DNA of 64,000 nt, from contig JAPMXV010000057.1 in assembly GCA_026936335.1 (NCBI GenBank), forward strand, positions 124,001-188,000, in the 5' to 3' direction. The notes below the pieces were generated by a model. It was not told where the DNA came from. It ran no database searches and saw only the letters and a list, made by a program, of their open reading frames with translations. This DNA comes from Mantamonas sphyraenae STR306 (Eukaryota > Protista > CRuMs). Below are positions 1 to 12,494 of the stretch, piece by piece. How positions within the stretch are numbered: the stretch's first letter is position 1; the number at the start of each line of letters is the position of its first letter. Made by a program: the position numbers and the translations under genes.

Positions 1-2812
1 ATGCACCGCGTTCCATCAGTTCCATCTGCGTGTTGACACGCTCCATGTGCCGTTCTGCCTCCGCCATGCGCTCTCCATGCGCCTTGTCCTGTGCCAGTTT
101 CTCTTCGCTCAGCTCGTTGAAATTGTTGCCCAGCTCGATGTGGTCTGCCCACAGCTCGTCGTACTGTTGCTGCAGCTTCTCCACACGCAGCTGCAGCTTG
201 CGTCGCTCCTCCATGAGGTCTGCCGTCTGTGCACTGTGTCGTCCCATCATTCCACCCATCAGCAGCACGCTGTCGTTGTTCTCCTCCTTTGGCGTGTGTG
301 CCTCTGCCTGTCTGTGCCTCGGCGTGTCACCACCACTGTGACTGCCGCCTTCGACGTTCCCTCCTGCCTCTCCCGCCTCGCTGGCTGTCTTGCGCCTCAG
401 GCGCTGCTCCAGCTGCTGCTTCTCACGCTGTGCACGCTGCAGCTTACCCTCGAGCTGCTTCCGTCGCTCCTGTTCACTGGCAAGGGTCTTTTGCACACGG
501 CGAAGCTCCTTGGAGGCGTCACTGCCCTCTTCTGCCGCACGTGCTTCCAGGCTATTGATCTGCACGCTCATCTCCTGGATCAGCGTCTGCCTGCGTGCCA
601 CCTCCTCGGCCAGGTGCTTGCGGTCGGCCTGCAGGGCGCTAAACTGGCTCTGCAGTGTGCTCAGCTGCGCGTGAACGGTGTTAAACTCGTTGTGCACCCT
701 CTCCAACTCCTCCTGCTTGCCCTCCAGCTCGCGTGCGTGCCTTTCCTCCACACTGGCTTGCTGACTCTTGAGCAACTGCAGCTGCCGTTCCATTTCAAAC
801 AGTTCGTTGTTGTAGCTGAGTTCCGTCTGGTTCAACGCCGTGTGTGCCTCGGCTCGCAGATCCGACAACTGTGCATCGCGCTCCTGCGCCGTAAACTGCA
901 GCTGCTCCTCCATCTCTGAGATTTCCATTTCGCAGGACAGCACGTGTCGCTTGGCGGCGGCAATTTCCGCATCGGCATTGATTTGCAACGCCGCGAGTTG
1001 TGTCTGCAGCGCACCTTGCTCGCCACGCAGACGTCCGTTCTCCTTGCGCAGTCGCTCCACGTCTGCCAGCAGCACATTCACACTGCTGCCATCAGACGCA
1101 AACACTTCGTTGCGTGCAGGCAGCGACACCTTGAGACCACGCAGACACTCCAGTCGGAGATCGTAGGCACGCTTCTGGGCGTTGCTTGCTTCCACCAGGA
1201 ACGTCATCTGTTGCAACAGTTTGCTGTGTTCGTCCTCCTCAACGTCGTTGTCGTTGTCGTTGTCGTGGTCGTTGTCGTTGTCATCGTCCTCCTCGCGCTC
1301 GCGTCGTGCCACTGTGATGTTCTTCAACGCCAACAAGTCTTCCAGATGCGTCTGGTAGTTGTTGGCATGTTGCGACTGTGCCCTCTGCATGGCCTGCAGC
1401 TCCGCGTTGGCCTGTTCCAGCTTGGCTTCCAGGTCGCGGTTCAGCATGATCCAATGCTCGTGCGAGTTGCCCGCGTGCAACTGTTCCTCGTAACCTTCCA
1501 CCTGCAGCTGCAGCTCCTGGTTCACCCGTTCCGACTCTGCAGCATGTTCCAACAGCACCTGCATGTGATTCTCCGCCATCTGGTGCTGCGACTCTAGGTA
1601 CATAAACATGTTGTCCAGGATTCGCCTGTGTTCCTGTGCCTGTCGTGCGGCCGCCTCGCTGGGAACGATGGATACGGGTACATTGCGTGTCAGTCGGTCG
1701 TCGGTGGCAGTGGGGAGTGGCAGGTGCGCGGGTGGTTGGGCAGGTTGCACCCCGCACAACACTCGACTCTCTTGTACACTCACATGGCGGCTGCGTTGTG
1801 GTTGCCATCAACGCCGTGTGTGCCGTCTGCTGCGCCCACAGGGACGAGCTGGTCCTCATCGTCGTCATCGTCGTTGTTATTGGCACCGTGTTGGCCTTGT
1901 CGAGTGCCGTGCTGCTGTTGCGGCCTGCTCTGTTGGTCTCCATCTGCAGAGGCGCTTGTCAGCTGCAAGAGCTGAACTTGACATTCTTTCAGCTCTGCGT
2001 GCGCCGCCTCCAACTCCTTGTCGTGGTGTGTGCGCACCACCTCGTACTGCTGCAGACGTCGTTCCACCTGCTCGTTCACACTGTCCTGCACTTCTCCCAA
2101 CTGCATTCCGGAATGTGTGTGCGTGTGCGGGACCATTCGTGTCAGCGCGGGAAAAGCCGTTTCTCCTCTTGGCCCGCCTTGGGCTTGCCACGAGGGAGGC
2201 TGTGATCAACCAGCCCCATGGATGGACACAACACACGCATTCTTCACCCACCTTTGTCTTCAATGCATCGTTTTCGCTCTCGAGCAGCTGCATGCGCGCT
2301 GACAAGAGTTCCTGATTGGCTTCCAGCTCGCCTTTCTGCTTGACCATAAGCCGTACGGTGGACTCCAGCTCCTGGTTGACCCGTTCCAGTTGGCGCATGT
2401 CGCTCTGTGACTCATGACTGGCCATAGAGGCGCTGAATGCCGCCTGGCTGCTCTGCGACCGCGGCGTCCATCCTGCAGCCCCGCTGCCGCTGCCGCCGCC
2501 GCCGCCTCCGCCGCGTGTCCCTCCCTCCACTGCACCCGCACCCGCCGACATGGCGCTGCGGTTGCTCCTTCCACTTGCGGGTGTGGTGGGAAACACAAAC
2601 ACGCGTGAGCCCTGTGTGCCACTGCTGCCTGTGTGGTTGTTGTTGCTGGCCCCACTGCTGCTTGCCCCTCTCTCGCGTCGTCCTCCAGGCGAAAACACAG
2701 ACGGCGAAAACTCGCCACTCATCATCGCGTCAATGTTGCGACTGATGCGTGCGTAGGACGACGCCGACGCAGCCGACTTGGGCGTGCGTGGCGTGCGTGG
2801 ATTGGATGCCAT
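1..2812 (-). CDS. Long coiled-coil protein of unknown function; 3' end runs off the window; at least 2 introns
   Basis: ATG at 2812 (MASNPRTPRTPK...) and a low-complexity N-terminus, then heptad-rich E/Q/L/R exons (~2251-2812, ~1784-2101, <=1659). GT..AG boundaries seen, e.g. intron 1660-1783. Confidence 0.7.
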
Positions 2813-2870
2813 GGGTTGCGGTTGCCTTGCTCCCTCCGCGCAGGCTGACACACACACACATTACAGAAGC

Positions 2871-4584
2871 ATGAGTGGCAAAACGTCCTGCAAGGTTGTG
2901 ATTCTGGTGGGAGGCAACAGGAAAGGGTCGATGTACCGTCCCATGTCGCTGGATACACCGACGCCGCTGGTGCAGGTGGCTGGCAAGCCGATGATTTACC
3001 ACCACCTCGAGGCCTGCACACAGGCCCTCGATACCATCCAGGAAGTGCTTCTCATCGGCTTTTACGACCCCTCGCAGTTTGACGGCTTCATTGACGAGGT
3101 GTCCACGCAGTTGGGTCTCAGCGTGCGCTACCTGCAGGAGGAACGTGCCCTGGGCACTGCTGGCGGCGTCAACTACTTCCGCAAGGAAATCCTTTCCGGG
3201 GACCCCGACTTTTTCCTCCTCTTCCACTGCGACATTGCCTGCAAGTTCCCCATCACTGAGCTGCTGGAACTGCATCACTCCCACTCCGGTTGCATCACCA
3301 TCATGGCCCGCCAGGTGCGTCATGGGCCATCGTAGGGAGGCGTTCTTCCCCTCCGCCCTTCTCTTCGGCCTCCTCCTCCTCCTCCCACACATGTGCAGCT
3401 TTTCCCCTCCTTGCCCGTCCCGTCCATCCTGCGTCCGCCACACCCGCACTTTTTCGTGTGGATGGCTGGTTGCCTGGTGTGTGCGTGGTGCTCCCTTGTG
3501 TGTGCTGCAAGCGTGTGATACTGACCCTGCCTGCGTGCGCGTGGTGTCGCGGATCCATGGCGCGGTTGGGACCTGCAGATCGAGAGGGACCAGACCCAGT
3601 ACTTTGGTGGCCTGGTGATTGACGATGACACCAACCAGGTGCTCCACTACGCCGAAAAGTCCAAACTGGTCAAGACCGACTTTATCAACTGTGGCGTGTA
3701 TGCGTGCAACGCTTCCCTCTTTGACCAGATCAGCCGTCTCCTCAAGGAGCGCGACGAAACCACCAGTGTGTCTCCCTCCGCGTGAGTTATCTTGTCCCAA
3801 GAGAGAAAGAGAGAGAGAGAGAGAGAGGCTGACGTGGTGGGCAATGACCAACAACAGGGCCTTGCTGCAAGACGATCCGGAGTTTCTGCGCCTGGAGCAG
3901 GATGTGCTGTTTTCGCTTTCGGGCATGGAGCAGGTGTATGCATACGTGACGACTGCGTTCTGGATGCAAATCAAGACGGGTGGCGCAGCCCTGGCTGCGG
4001 CTGGCATGTATCTGGATTGCTACGCCGAACAGAAGCCACAACTGCTGGCGGCTGGCAAGGAGCAATCCGCATCCTCCTCCGACTCGCACGACGACCAGCT
4101 TGTGTTTGATTGCTCCATCAAGGGCAACAACGTCATTGCCCAGGACACCGTCATCGATTCGACTGCAGTGGTAGGTTTGTGAAGGGCGCGGGAGCGGGGA
4201 AATGGTGTTTGTGATGTTGCTGCTGCTGCTGCTGCTAACACATCAGATGCGGTTGTGTGTCCCATCACACAGATCGGCCCCAATGTGTGCATTGGCAAGG
4301 GAGTGACCATTGGCAAGGGGGTGCGCCTTCGCAACTGCGTGGTGGGTGACAACAGCGTGATTGACGACCGTGCCGTGATCCAGTATGCTCTCCTGGGCCA
4401 GGGTGTGCAGGTGGGCAAGTGGTCTCGTCTCGAGGGATCCTACACAGGCATTTCCACCACCAAGGAGGGCATCACCCTCGCCGGTGCCAACGTCCAGGTT
4501 GATCCTGAGCTTGTGCTTCGTGACTGCATCATTCTGCCCGATATCCACATCACCAGCAGCTACCAGAATGAAATTGTGCTTTGA
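2871..4584 (+). CDS. GMPPA: Mannose-1-phosphate guanylyltransferase alpha-type subunit; 3 introns
   Basis: N-terminal KVVILVGGNRKGSMYRPMS...GKPMIYHHLEAC, LGTAGG, DIACKFP and FWMQIKT motifs, plus C-terminal hexapeptide repeats IGPNVCIGKGVTIGKGVRL ending YQNEIVL. Exons about 2871-3313, 3579-3766, 3858-4171, 4273-4584. Confidence 0.9.
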
Positions 4585-4648
4585 TTGTCTGTGTCTCTCC
4601 TCTCTCCCCCCTCTCTGTGTGTGTGTGTGTGTGTGTGTGCCGTGTCCA

Positions 4649-5656
4649 TCACATCACCGTCTCGTCATCCTCAAACTGCGTCTCGTCGTCGTCGTCGCCC
4701 ATTCCGCTGTCCTTTGCATCCGACGGCCCATCCGGGTTGCTGTGATTGACACACGCGTGTGTGCACGAGCGAGTGTGAGTATGTGCGTAGCCGATGGGAC
4801 CCGTGGTCGGTAGTGAGGGCGAAAGGAAAAACCTACTCCAGCGCGTCGGGATTCAAGCCCTCAGCCTTGGCCTTGCCCTTGGCCACATTCACCGGCACAC
4901 CCACTCGGATCATCTTGAACAGGTGTGCATAGCGTGGATCCTGTGCCCATGTCAGCCCTCCTGCTCCACTCTGATCGCCACCTGCCTCTCCAGCTGCCTC
5001 TGCCCCGGCCGAGCTTCCAGCGCCTGGCGCTGAGGGGATGCCTGTGTCGTGTCGTCGTTTGTGTGTGTCCACGTCCACACATGAGTGTCAGCATGCACCC
5101 CTCGTATCTCATCTGTATCCTCCCCCCGTCTCATGGTCATGTGTGCGTGTGTGCCCGTGTGGCTGCCTGTGTGCTGCGTCCATACACGCGCACGTGGAAC
5201 TCCGGGCCGCTGGACGACGAAATGGGAGAAACCCTCACAGGCGCCTGTGGGGCCCACCTTTGTCGTGGATGGTACGTCTGTCGGCCCACACGGTCACTTA
5301 CCTCCAGGTGGGGGTGGGGGAGGCGGCGGCGGAGGAGCAGCAGTGCCTCCTGTGCCTGCAGGCGTGCTTGCTGTGTTGCCAGCCGGGCCAGCCGCCGCCG
5401 CTTGTGTCTGTTGGGCGCCGCCTCCGCCTCCAGCAGGCGCATCGACAGCCGGGATGGACGCCAACTTGGCTTCCAGAATGTTCATGGTGATTTCCAGGCG
5501 TTCGACCTTGCGGCTGACGTCGGACAGCTTCTGTTCGCAAAGGAAGGAGAAGCGGTTGATGAACTGCGTCGTGTTGATCACAAAGTGGTTCACCGCAGAC
5601 ACCGTCTTTTTGTAGCTCACCGGGTCGTATTGCGACCCATCGTCCGTCGTCTCCAT
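4649..5656 (-). CDS. WASHC3: WASH complex subunit 3 (CCDC53); multi-exon
   Basis: KTVSAVNHFVINTTQFINRFSFLCEQKLSDVSRKVERLEITMNILEAKLASIP, a poly-Pro tract, and C-terminal QDPRYAHLFKMIRVGVP...KAEGLNPDALE. Confidence 0.9.
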
Positions 5657-5760
5657 GTCTTGTGAACGGTGTCTGGGTGTGTGTGTGTGGGCGCGCAAGT
5701 TGCTCTGTTGACATCCTCCAACGCCCCCCCCTCACCCACCCAACCCAAGCATAACCTGCG

Positions 5761-7943
5761 ATGTCGGCGGCACCCTCCCTGGCAAACGCAGTGCTGAACC
5801 TCGCCTCGTTGCGGGAGCATGCAAAGAAGGAGCTGCTCGGGTGCCTGGAGTCTGTGCGCGGGCAAAAGGCCCTCGTGGTGGACTCGGAACTCATTGGCGA
5901 GATGGGACTGGTCGTGTCGGTGGCCGACATGAAGCAGAGGGGCATTGAGAAGATTTTCTTCTTTGAGCCCACCCTGGACACAGAGCTGGCTTCGGTCATC
6001 TACATTTGCCGGCCTCGCGTCGACCGCGTCAAGTGGCTCGCCAGCCACATTCTCAAGTTCCATGCCAACGGCGACCACAAGAACTACTCGGTGTTCTTTG
6101 TGCCTCGTCGTACCATGGTCTGCGAACGTGTCCTCGAAGACGCAGGCGTGTACGGCGACGTTACCCTCGGCGAGCTGTGAGTTTCTGAAAAGCCCTCCCT
6201 CCCTCGGCCCAGCCTTGTCCCCCTTGCTACATGCTTACATTAGCTCTCCCCTGCCCCGTCTCCACGTTCACCCCGCTCCCCCCGGCACAATCTCACAGCC
6301 ATCTCGACCTGGTGCCCTACGAGGAGGACGTCCTGTCCCTGGAGATGCCGCTGTCGTTCCGCGAGTGTTTCCTCGAGGGCGATCGCACCTCGCTCTTCTA
6401 CGTCGCACGCGCCCTCATGAAGCTCCAGAGCACCTTTGGCATCATCCCGCACCTCAAAGCAAAGGGAGACTGTGCAGCGGTACGTGTGTGTGTGTGTGTG
6501 CGTGTGTGTGTGTGTGTGGTCAGAGTTATGCAAGGGGAAATACCCTTGGAGATGACGAAAATGAGATGCCGAATGGGAATCCACGCGCGGCCGCGGGCAG
6601 CTGACACATGTGACACACGGGGTGGGATGGAATACGCACAGTTGGTCATTGATATGATGCTGCGCATGCGCAAGGAGCTGGGCATGGACGACATGGTGAA
6701 TGCCGTGGCACCGGAGATTGACTCGCTGATCATCATCGACCGCACAGTGGACATGGTGACGCCCATGTGCACACAGCTGACGTACGAAGGACTGATTGAC
6801 GAAATCTACGGGATCAAGGATGGCCTGGTGGACATGAACCAGACGGTGGGCAACGATGTGGGCGGAGGCGACGGCGGCGGCAGCAGTAGCAGCAGCAGCG
6901 CAGGGAAGCGAAAGCCCAAGATCCCGCTGAACAGCAACGACAAACTGTACAGCGAGTACCGAGACCTGAACTTTGGTGTGGTGTTGCCCATGCTGAGTCA
7001 GAAGGCCAAGTACATTGACGAGAACTACAAGGAGAGGCACAGCGCACAGACAGTGACAGAAATCAGGGACTTTATGAAGAAGCTGGGGCCGTTGCAGCAG
7101 GAGCACAAGTCACTGGGCACACACACGGACATTGCAGGCAGCATTGTGACGGTGACGAGCGACAACTCGTTCCACAGGCACCTGGACGTGGAGCATTCAT
7201 TATTCACGGGCGCCGACCTGTGCAACGACTACATCGAAACGATGCTGTACCGTCAGGAGAAGTTGGTCAAGGTGCTGCGTCTGCTGGTCCTCCAAAACAT
7301 TGTCAACAACGGCATCAAGAGCAAACAGTTTGACCACTTTCGCAGGGAAATCCTGCAGTCGTACGGCTACGAACACCTGCTCACCCTGCGCAACCTGGAC
7401 AAACTCCACCTTTTGCACAAGAACGAGAGCCGCAGCAACTTTAGCACCGTCCGCAAGGCCCTCAAACTCGAGGTGGAAGATCTCAACGACGCCGAACCCG
7501 ACGACATTGCTTACGTCTACTCGGGCTACGCTCCCATCAGCGTGCGTCTCGTCCAGAGTGCTTTCCGCCCCGGCTGGAAGCAGATGGAGGATGTGATGAA
7601 GGTGCTGCCGGGCAAGACTGTCCAGGTCGACCAAGAACTGCCGTCCGGGTTGTCCGAAGGCGGCGCATCGTCGTCGTCGTCGTCGTCGTCCTCTTCATCG
7701 TCGTCGGGCGCCGGCAGCAGCAGCAGCAGCAGCAGCGGCAGTGGCAGCAGTAGCACTGGAGGAAGCGCCAGCGGTGGCAAGCGGCCCGTGACAATGGTGT
7801 TTTTCATTGGCGGTGTCACCTTTGCAGAGATTTCTGCGCTGCGCTTCCATAGCCAACAGGAAGGCGTGAACAGGGACTTTGTGGTGGGCACGACCAAGCT
7901 GATCAACGGCTCGACGCTGTTGGAAACCCTCGTTGGCAACTAA
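5761..7943 (+). CDS. VPS33: Sec1/Munc18-family protein Vps33 (HOPS/CORVET); 2 introns
   Basis: FFVPRRTMVCERVLE, LIIIDRTVDMVTPMCTQLTYEGLIDE, DIAYVYSGYAPISVRL, VFFIGGVTFAEISALRF. Confidence 0.95.
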
Positions 7944-8358
7944 GGGTGCAAACGCATGCGGGGGAGCAGAGAACAAGACACTTCATTCAAATTGTCCCTG
8001 TCGTCATGCTCTTGTCCGAGAACTCACATTGAACACAAGCGACGCAGGAGAGGAAGGCGTTTGTTGGAGCTGTTCGTCATCCGTTTCCCAGTTCAACAAG
8101 CACCCTGTCCATCACCTCATCCGGCAGTGTGCTCCATACTGTAGTGCAGTCGGCTCATACCCTTCCATCCCACCACATTCAAACATCACTTCTCGCTCCT
8201 CCCCATTCATCACCAACGCCACCTCCATCGCCGCATCCACGTTCCCCTTCCATCCAATCCAATGCAAGGCCTTCCTCTTCCTGACAGCAACCAGCCTCGG
8301 CGCGGGGGGGGGGGGGGGGGTTCCTTGTTGGGGCGAGGCAACAGTGGGACAGTCATTG

Positions 8359-11300
8359 TCACCGGACAAAGCTTGCGTTTTTGCTGCGAGTGGACCGGAG
8401 CAACATCTCCGACAGCTCTTCGTCGTGGTTGCCATCGTCGCCATCGTCCTGTGAGACCGGATACATCGACGTCCTGCGAGCAGTGCCTGCTGGTGGACTG
8501 GTCCACATGGTGGTTGTGGCGGATGGCGACGTAAAGGCCGGTGGGATCAAGGGACCCGGATCCTGCGGCGGCGCCGACGGAGTGGCACCGCCGAATGACG
8601 AGGACGAGGACGAGGACGAAGATGAGGACGAGGACACACCACCGTTGGAAGGACCCGCACCTGTCATGGAATGGATGGCCGAGGTGATCTGTGCATACTT
8701 GTCCAGCTGTGCGGCGAGTGTGCGATGTTTGTCGCGTAGCGCATCGCGTTGGGCGGCAGTGGCGCGCAGCTCGTCAGCAAGCTTATCTGCGGCCTGTTTC
8801 TGTTCCTGCAACTGATTCTGTACAAAGTCGAGGCGTTTGCGAGCTTGCTGTGCGTCGTGGGCCACCTCTGCAATGTGGTTCTGCATCCGTTGCCGCTCCA
8901 CATTGGCCCTGTTGAGCGAGGCACTCATGGCCTCGAGTTGCTGTGTCTGTTTCTGGCACGCGTCCGTCATTTGCACCAATTTGTTGAATTGTTGCTCCAG
9001 CCTGCTGCTCTGTTCGCCGTTGTGTGCACGCAACCCTTGCATCTCCTCCTCATTCAATTCCAACTGCTGTGCCGCCTCCTGCAACTGCTTCGTCATGGAT
9101 GCCACCTGCTGTCTGGCGTCGCTCAGGCTGCGTTCTGCCTCTTCACATCGGCGTCGCCATCCGTCGGCGTCGCTCGTCGCCTCTTCCAACTGTCCCTCCA
9201 GCGCATTGCCGTGGTGCTTGGCCTCCTCCAGTGCGTGTGCATAGTATGCGGTCTGTTTGCGCATCTGTGCCTCCCACTGGCCCGCGGTGGTGCGGAATTG
9301 CTGCTCCAGCGCGGCCACCGTGGCGTCGTGGATACGTCGTCCCTCTCGCTGGGCCATGGCCAGCTGTTGCAACTCGTTGGCCCTGTTCACAAGCGTCTGA
9401 TTGGCGTCCACAATGCTGTGCACCACTGCGTCCATGGCACCGTGCAGCTGGTTGGCAAAGCCAAAGTGAAGAAACAGCAATGCGTTGCTCACCTCGGCCG
9501 GGTTGGTCGACATGGTCACCGTTTGCGACAATATCGGCGCCAGGGTGCCGTCGTGCAAGTAGGCCATCAGAGCCTCCTGTGTGCCTTGGTCATCCACAAA
9601 GGTGACCACAAACACGAGGATGGCCAATGCCGTGCGTGCCAACACACGTTGACGCATGGCATCGCCGCCGCCGCCGCCGCCTCCTTCTGTCTCCACCTTC
9701 CATCGTGCATGGTCATCCAGCAGCGCGGCCAGCAAATCCAGGGCGGCGTCGATGGGCAGCTGGACAGCCAATTCGGGGCCCAACCCGGCCAGATTGGTGT
9801 GTGCCCACAGCGACACCAATGCCTGCATGGGGGCAGCCACCTTGCGCAGATTCTCGTCACGCAGGGCTTGTGTCAGGGGCAGCTGCAGTTGGGTGTGCAC
9901 GTGGAGTGCCAACCGGTCAAGGACGGTGGCAAAGAGGGCATCCACGTCTGCCAGCTGGGCAACAGCATCGCGGGAGCCGGCGCCGTGCAACGCTGCCAGA
10001 AAGGCGGTGGCACGTGCGGCCGTGAGGGGATGGGAATGGGAGAGGAGATCCAAGAGGGCAAACAGATAGCGGTCGTGTGCAAAGAGGCCGAGAAGGGTGG
10101 TGGTGATGCTTGCCGACGCAAGCATGGATGTCAGCAGCGCAACAAGACTGTCGATGACGGCGTAGTTGTCGGCACTGAGCAGGGTGAGAAGGTGGGCGAG
10201 GGCGTCGTGCAGGTTGGGGTACCGTTCCAGGGCATTGAGGTAACGGGAGGAGTCGACAAAGTCCCGCAGCAGTTGCAACGACGCCAGAAGCAGGTCCATG
10301 GTTTTTCGCCGTGGCAATGATGTTGAAGATGAGTTGGAAGGTTTGGTGGACGTTGTCCTCCTTGAACAGCTTCTGCAGGATTTGACTGGACGAGGCCAGT
10401 GAGGTGAGGCAAGCAAAGGCTTGGATGATCACCCGCAGATCGGCGTGCGACAGATGTGCGATGAGTGAACGATACAGAGTGGACACCCAGGTGGCTTCTT
10501 TCACATAGTATCGCACACTTGCATTGTGTCGCAGCAGCTGTGCCATCAGGGACAGCGTCAGCGACAGCAGATCCGCAGGGCTGCTGCGTCCAGACGCAAC
10601 CTCCTGCACAATGTCCACCAGTGCCTTTGTGTTTTCTGATGGATAGTCGCACCGGAACGCAGGAAGGATGGCGTTGAGGACTTCCATCAGCTGGGAGGGC
10701 AGTTGTCGGCGTAGGGCAATGTGTGCGTGTGTGTGTCAGTGTGTGTCAGTGGGGGAGGTGGGGGAGTGGGTTGGGAGTTTGGCGCGCTTGCCCCGCTGAG
10801 CAACGTACACGGAAAGTCAGCGCTTGCTGCGGGGATTGGGAGGCCCAGGTGGCGTCTGTTTTGCCTTGTGTGGAGGTGGAGGTGGTGGATGACGATGTGG
10901 AGGATGACGATGAGGAGGAGGAGGAGGAGGAAGGGAGGAGTCCCGAGGTGACGACGCAGTGGATGAGAAAGTCGACAAAGTCGGGCTGTGCGGCCAGGAG
11001 GCGTTGAAACGTGGGATTGGTGGCCATGTTGGCAAGGATATAGGCAGAGTGGGAGACAAGGGCTGCGGATTGGAGGGTGACCGGGTTGTGAAGGAGTCGG
11101 ACGAGGAGGAAGAGAAGCGTGCGCGTGTCTTGGTCCTCCTGAAGGGCGTACAAAGCCATCGGGGAAAAGTCTGTGGCCAAAAGCGTGTTCTATGGATGGG
11201 ACAAAAGGAAAACGGGAAGCACAGGTGGGGGCTGAGTGTGAGCAACAACACTGGCGTGGGGCGTGGGAACCAGGGATTGGGGGCGCGATGTGGCGTACGC

Positions 11301-11484
11301 GGAGTGCTGTTTCGAGTTGCAGCTTGACGACATCCAACTGGGCCGGGGAAGTGGACGGGCTTGACGGGTGTTCGGAGGTGGAGGTGGGAGAGGCGAGAGA
11401 GATGGGTGGGCTTGTTTGGGCCGTGTCAAACTCGACGATGGCCTGCTGGAGCAGGTCGATGAGCTCGCGGGTGCTGCCGGCCAT
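8359..11484 (-). CDS. CIP2A: CIP2A (KIAA1524)-like armadillo plus coiled-coil protein; introns and one apparent frameshift at 10302-10306
   Basis: LLRHNASVRYYVK...LYRSLIAHLSH...KLFKEDNVHQTFQLIFNII resembles the CIP2A armadillo region as I recall it; followed by a long C-terminal coiled coil. Confidence 0.8.
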
Positions 11485-11678
11485 GATGACGATGGGTTGC
11501 ATGCGCCAGGGGGGGGAAGGGGGGGGGGGGGGGGCGACAAAAGAAGGGATGGAAGCATGGAAATGGTGTGCATGTGCCACCAACAACACAACATCACCAT
11601 TGAGAGCACTCAGAAGATCAACGGCCACACGACACTGTACATCCTCGTCCTCCCCTCTCCCCCTCCATCCACATTCTG

Positions 11679-12359
11679 TCACGCCCATGTAGTCACCTGC
11701 ACCACCCCATCCTTCAACAAGGCATCCTTCACGGTGGCCGGCTTGCAGTGATCATGACACCGCTCGTTCCGCACCCTCGACCACTTTCCGGGCTCATCCT
11801 CCCCACCACAGCAATCGCACACCCCATCATTCACCCTACCACTGGGAATCACAGCACCGTCGCTGCAATAGAAGCTCCCGTCGCAGGCGCTGGTGGCAAT
11901 CTCGTCGCTCCCGTCCGCGCAGTCGCAGTAGTCGTCGTTCACCCTCTCGAAGGAGATGCTCTGCGAGCCGTCCAAACACGCAAACATGCCATCTTTGTCC
12001 TTGTCTGTGTACTCGCTCACCAGATGCGCCGGCACACGAAACTCCAGCTTGCGTTTTGTCGCGCGTGGATGCACTCCTCCCTTGCCTACGCCCTTGTCCT
12101 CCCCTGCCACAGGTTTGCTCCCGTGTTCAATCCCCTGTACAATCTCCCCTGCGCCCACACCCGCACTATGTGGTGCAGCCGACCCTGGTGGCGCTGCCTC
12201 GGGCGCATTGTTCACCGTTTCCACCGCAATCTTCTTTCCCTCTGCGTGCAGCATGTGTGCGTGTGTCTCGTGCGGCTGCATACTCTCCAGCACCAACAGA
12301 TTTGCCAACACCAACGCGAGCAACAGGCCGCCCACCCAAAACACCGTCGACTTGCGCAT
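11679..12359 (-). CDS. Membrane-anchored protein with a glucosidase II beta (PRKCSH-like) Cys-rich domain
   Basis: N-terminal hydrophobic helix, then FACLDGS...VNDDYCDCADGSDE...SAC...FYC...IPSGRVNDGVCDCCGGEDE. Confidence 0.8.
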   Translation of the reverse strand: MRKSTVFWVGGLLLALVLANLLVLESMQPHETHAHMLHAEGKKIAVETVNNAPEAAPPGSAAPHSAGVGAGEIVQGIEHGSKPVAGEDKGVGKGGVHPRATKRKLEFRVPAHLVSEYTDKDKDGMFACLDGSQSISFERVNDDYCDCADGSDEIATSACDGSFYCSDGAVIPSGRVNDGVCDCCGGEDEPGKWSRVRNERCHDHCKPATVKDALLKDGVVQVTTWA

Positions 12360-12494
12360 TCCTCCCCGTCGTCGACAACGACCTTCTCTGCAATGTGTTG
12401 GCGCCCCCTGCGCTACACCCTCGGCAACAGTGATGATGGCAGTGGGACTGCAAACTTTCTGCATTCTCTTTCACCACTCATCTCACCGATCTCA

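Noticed and set aside
7944-8358. Short ORFs around a poly-G run between VPS33 and CIP2A
   Set aside because: No recognisable domain and interrupted frames; probably UTRs.
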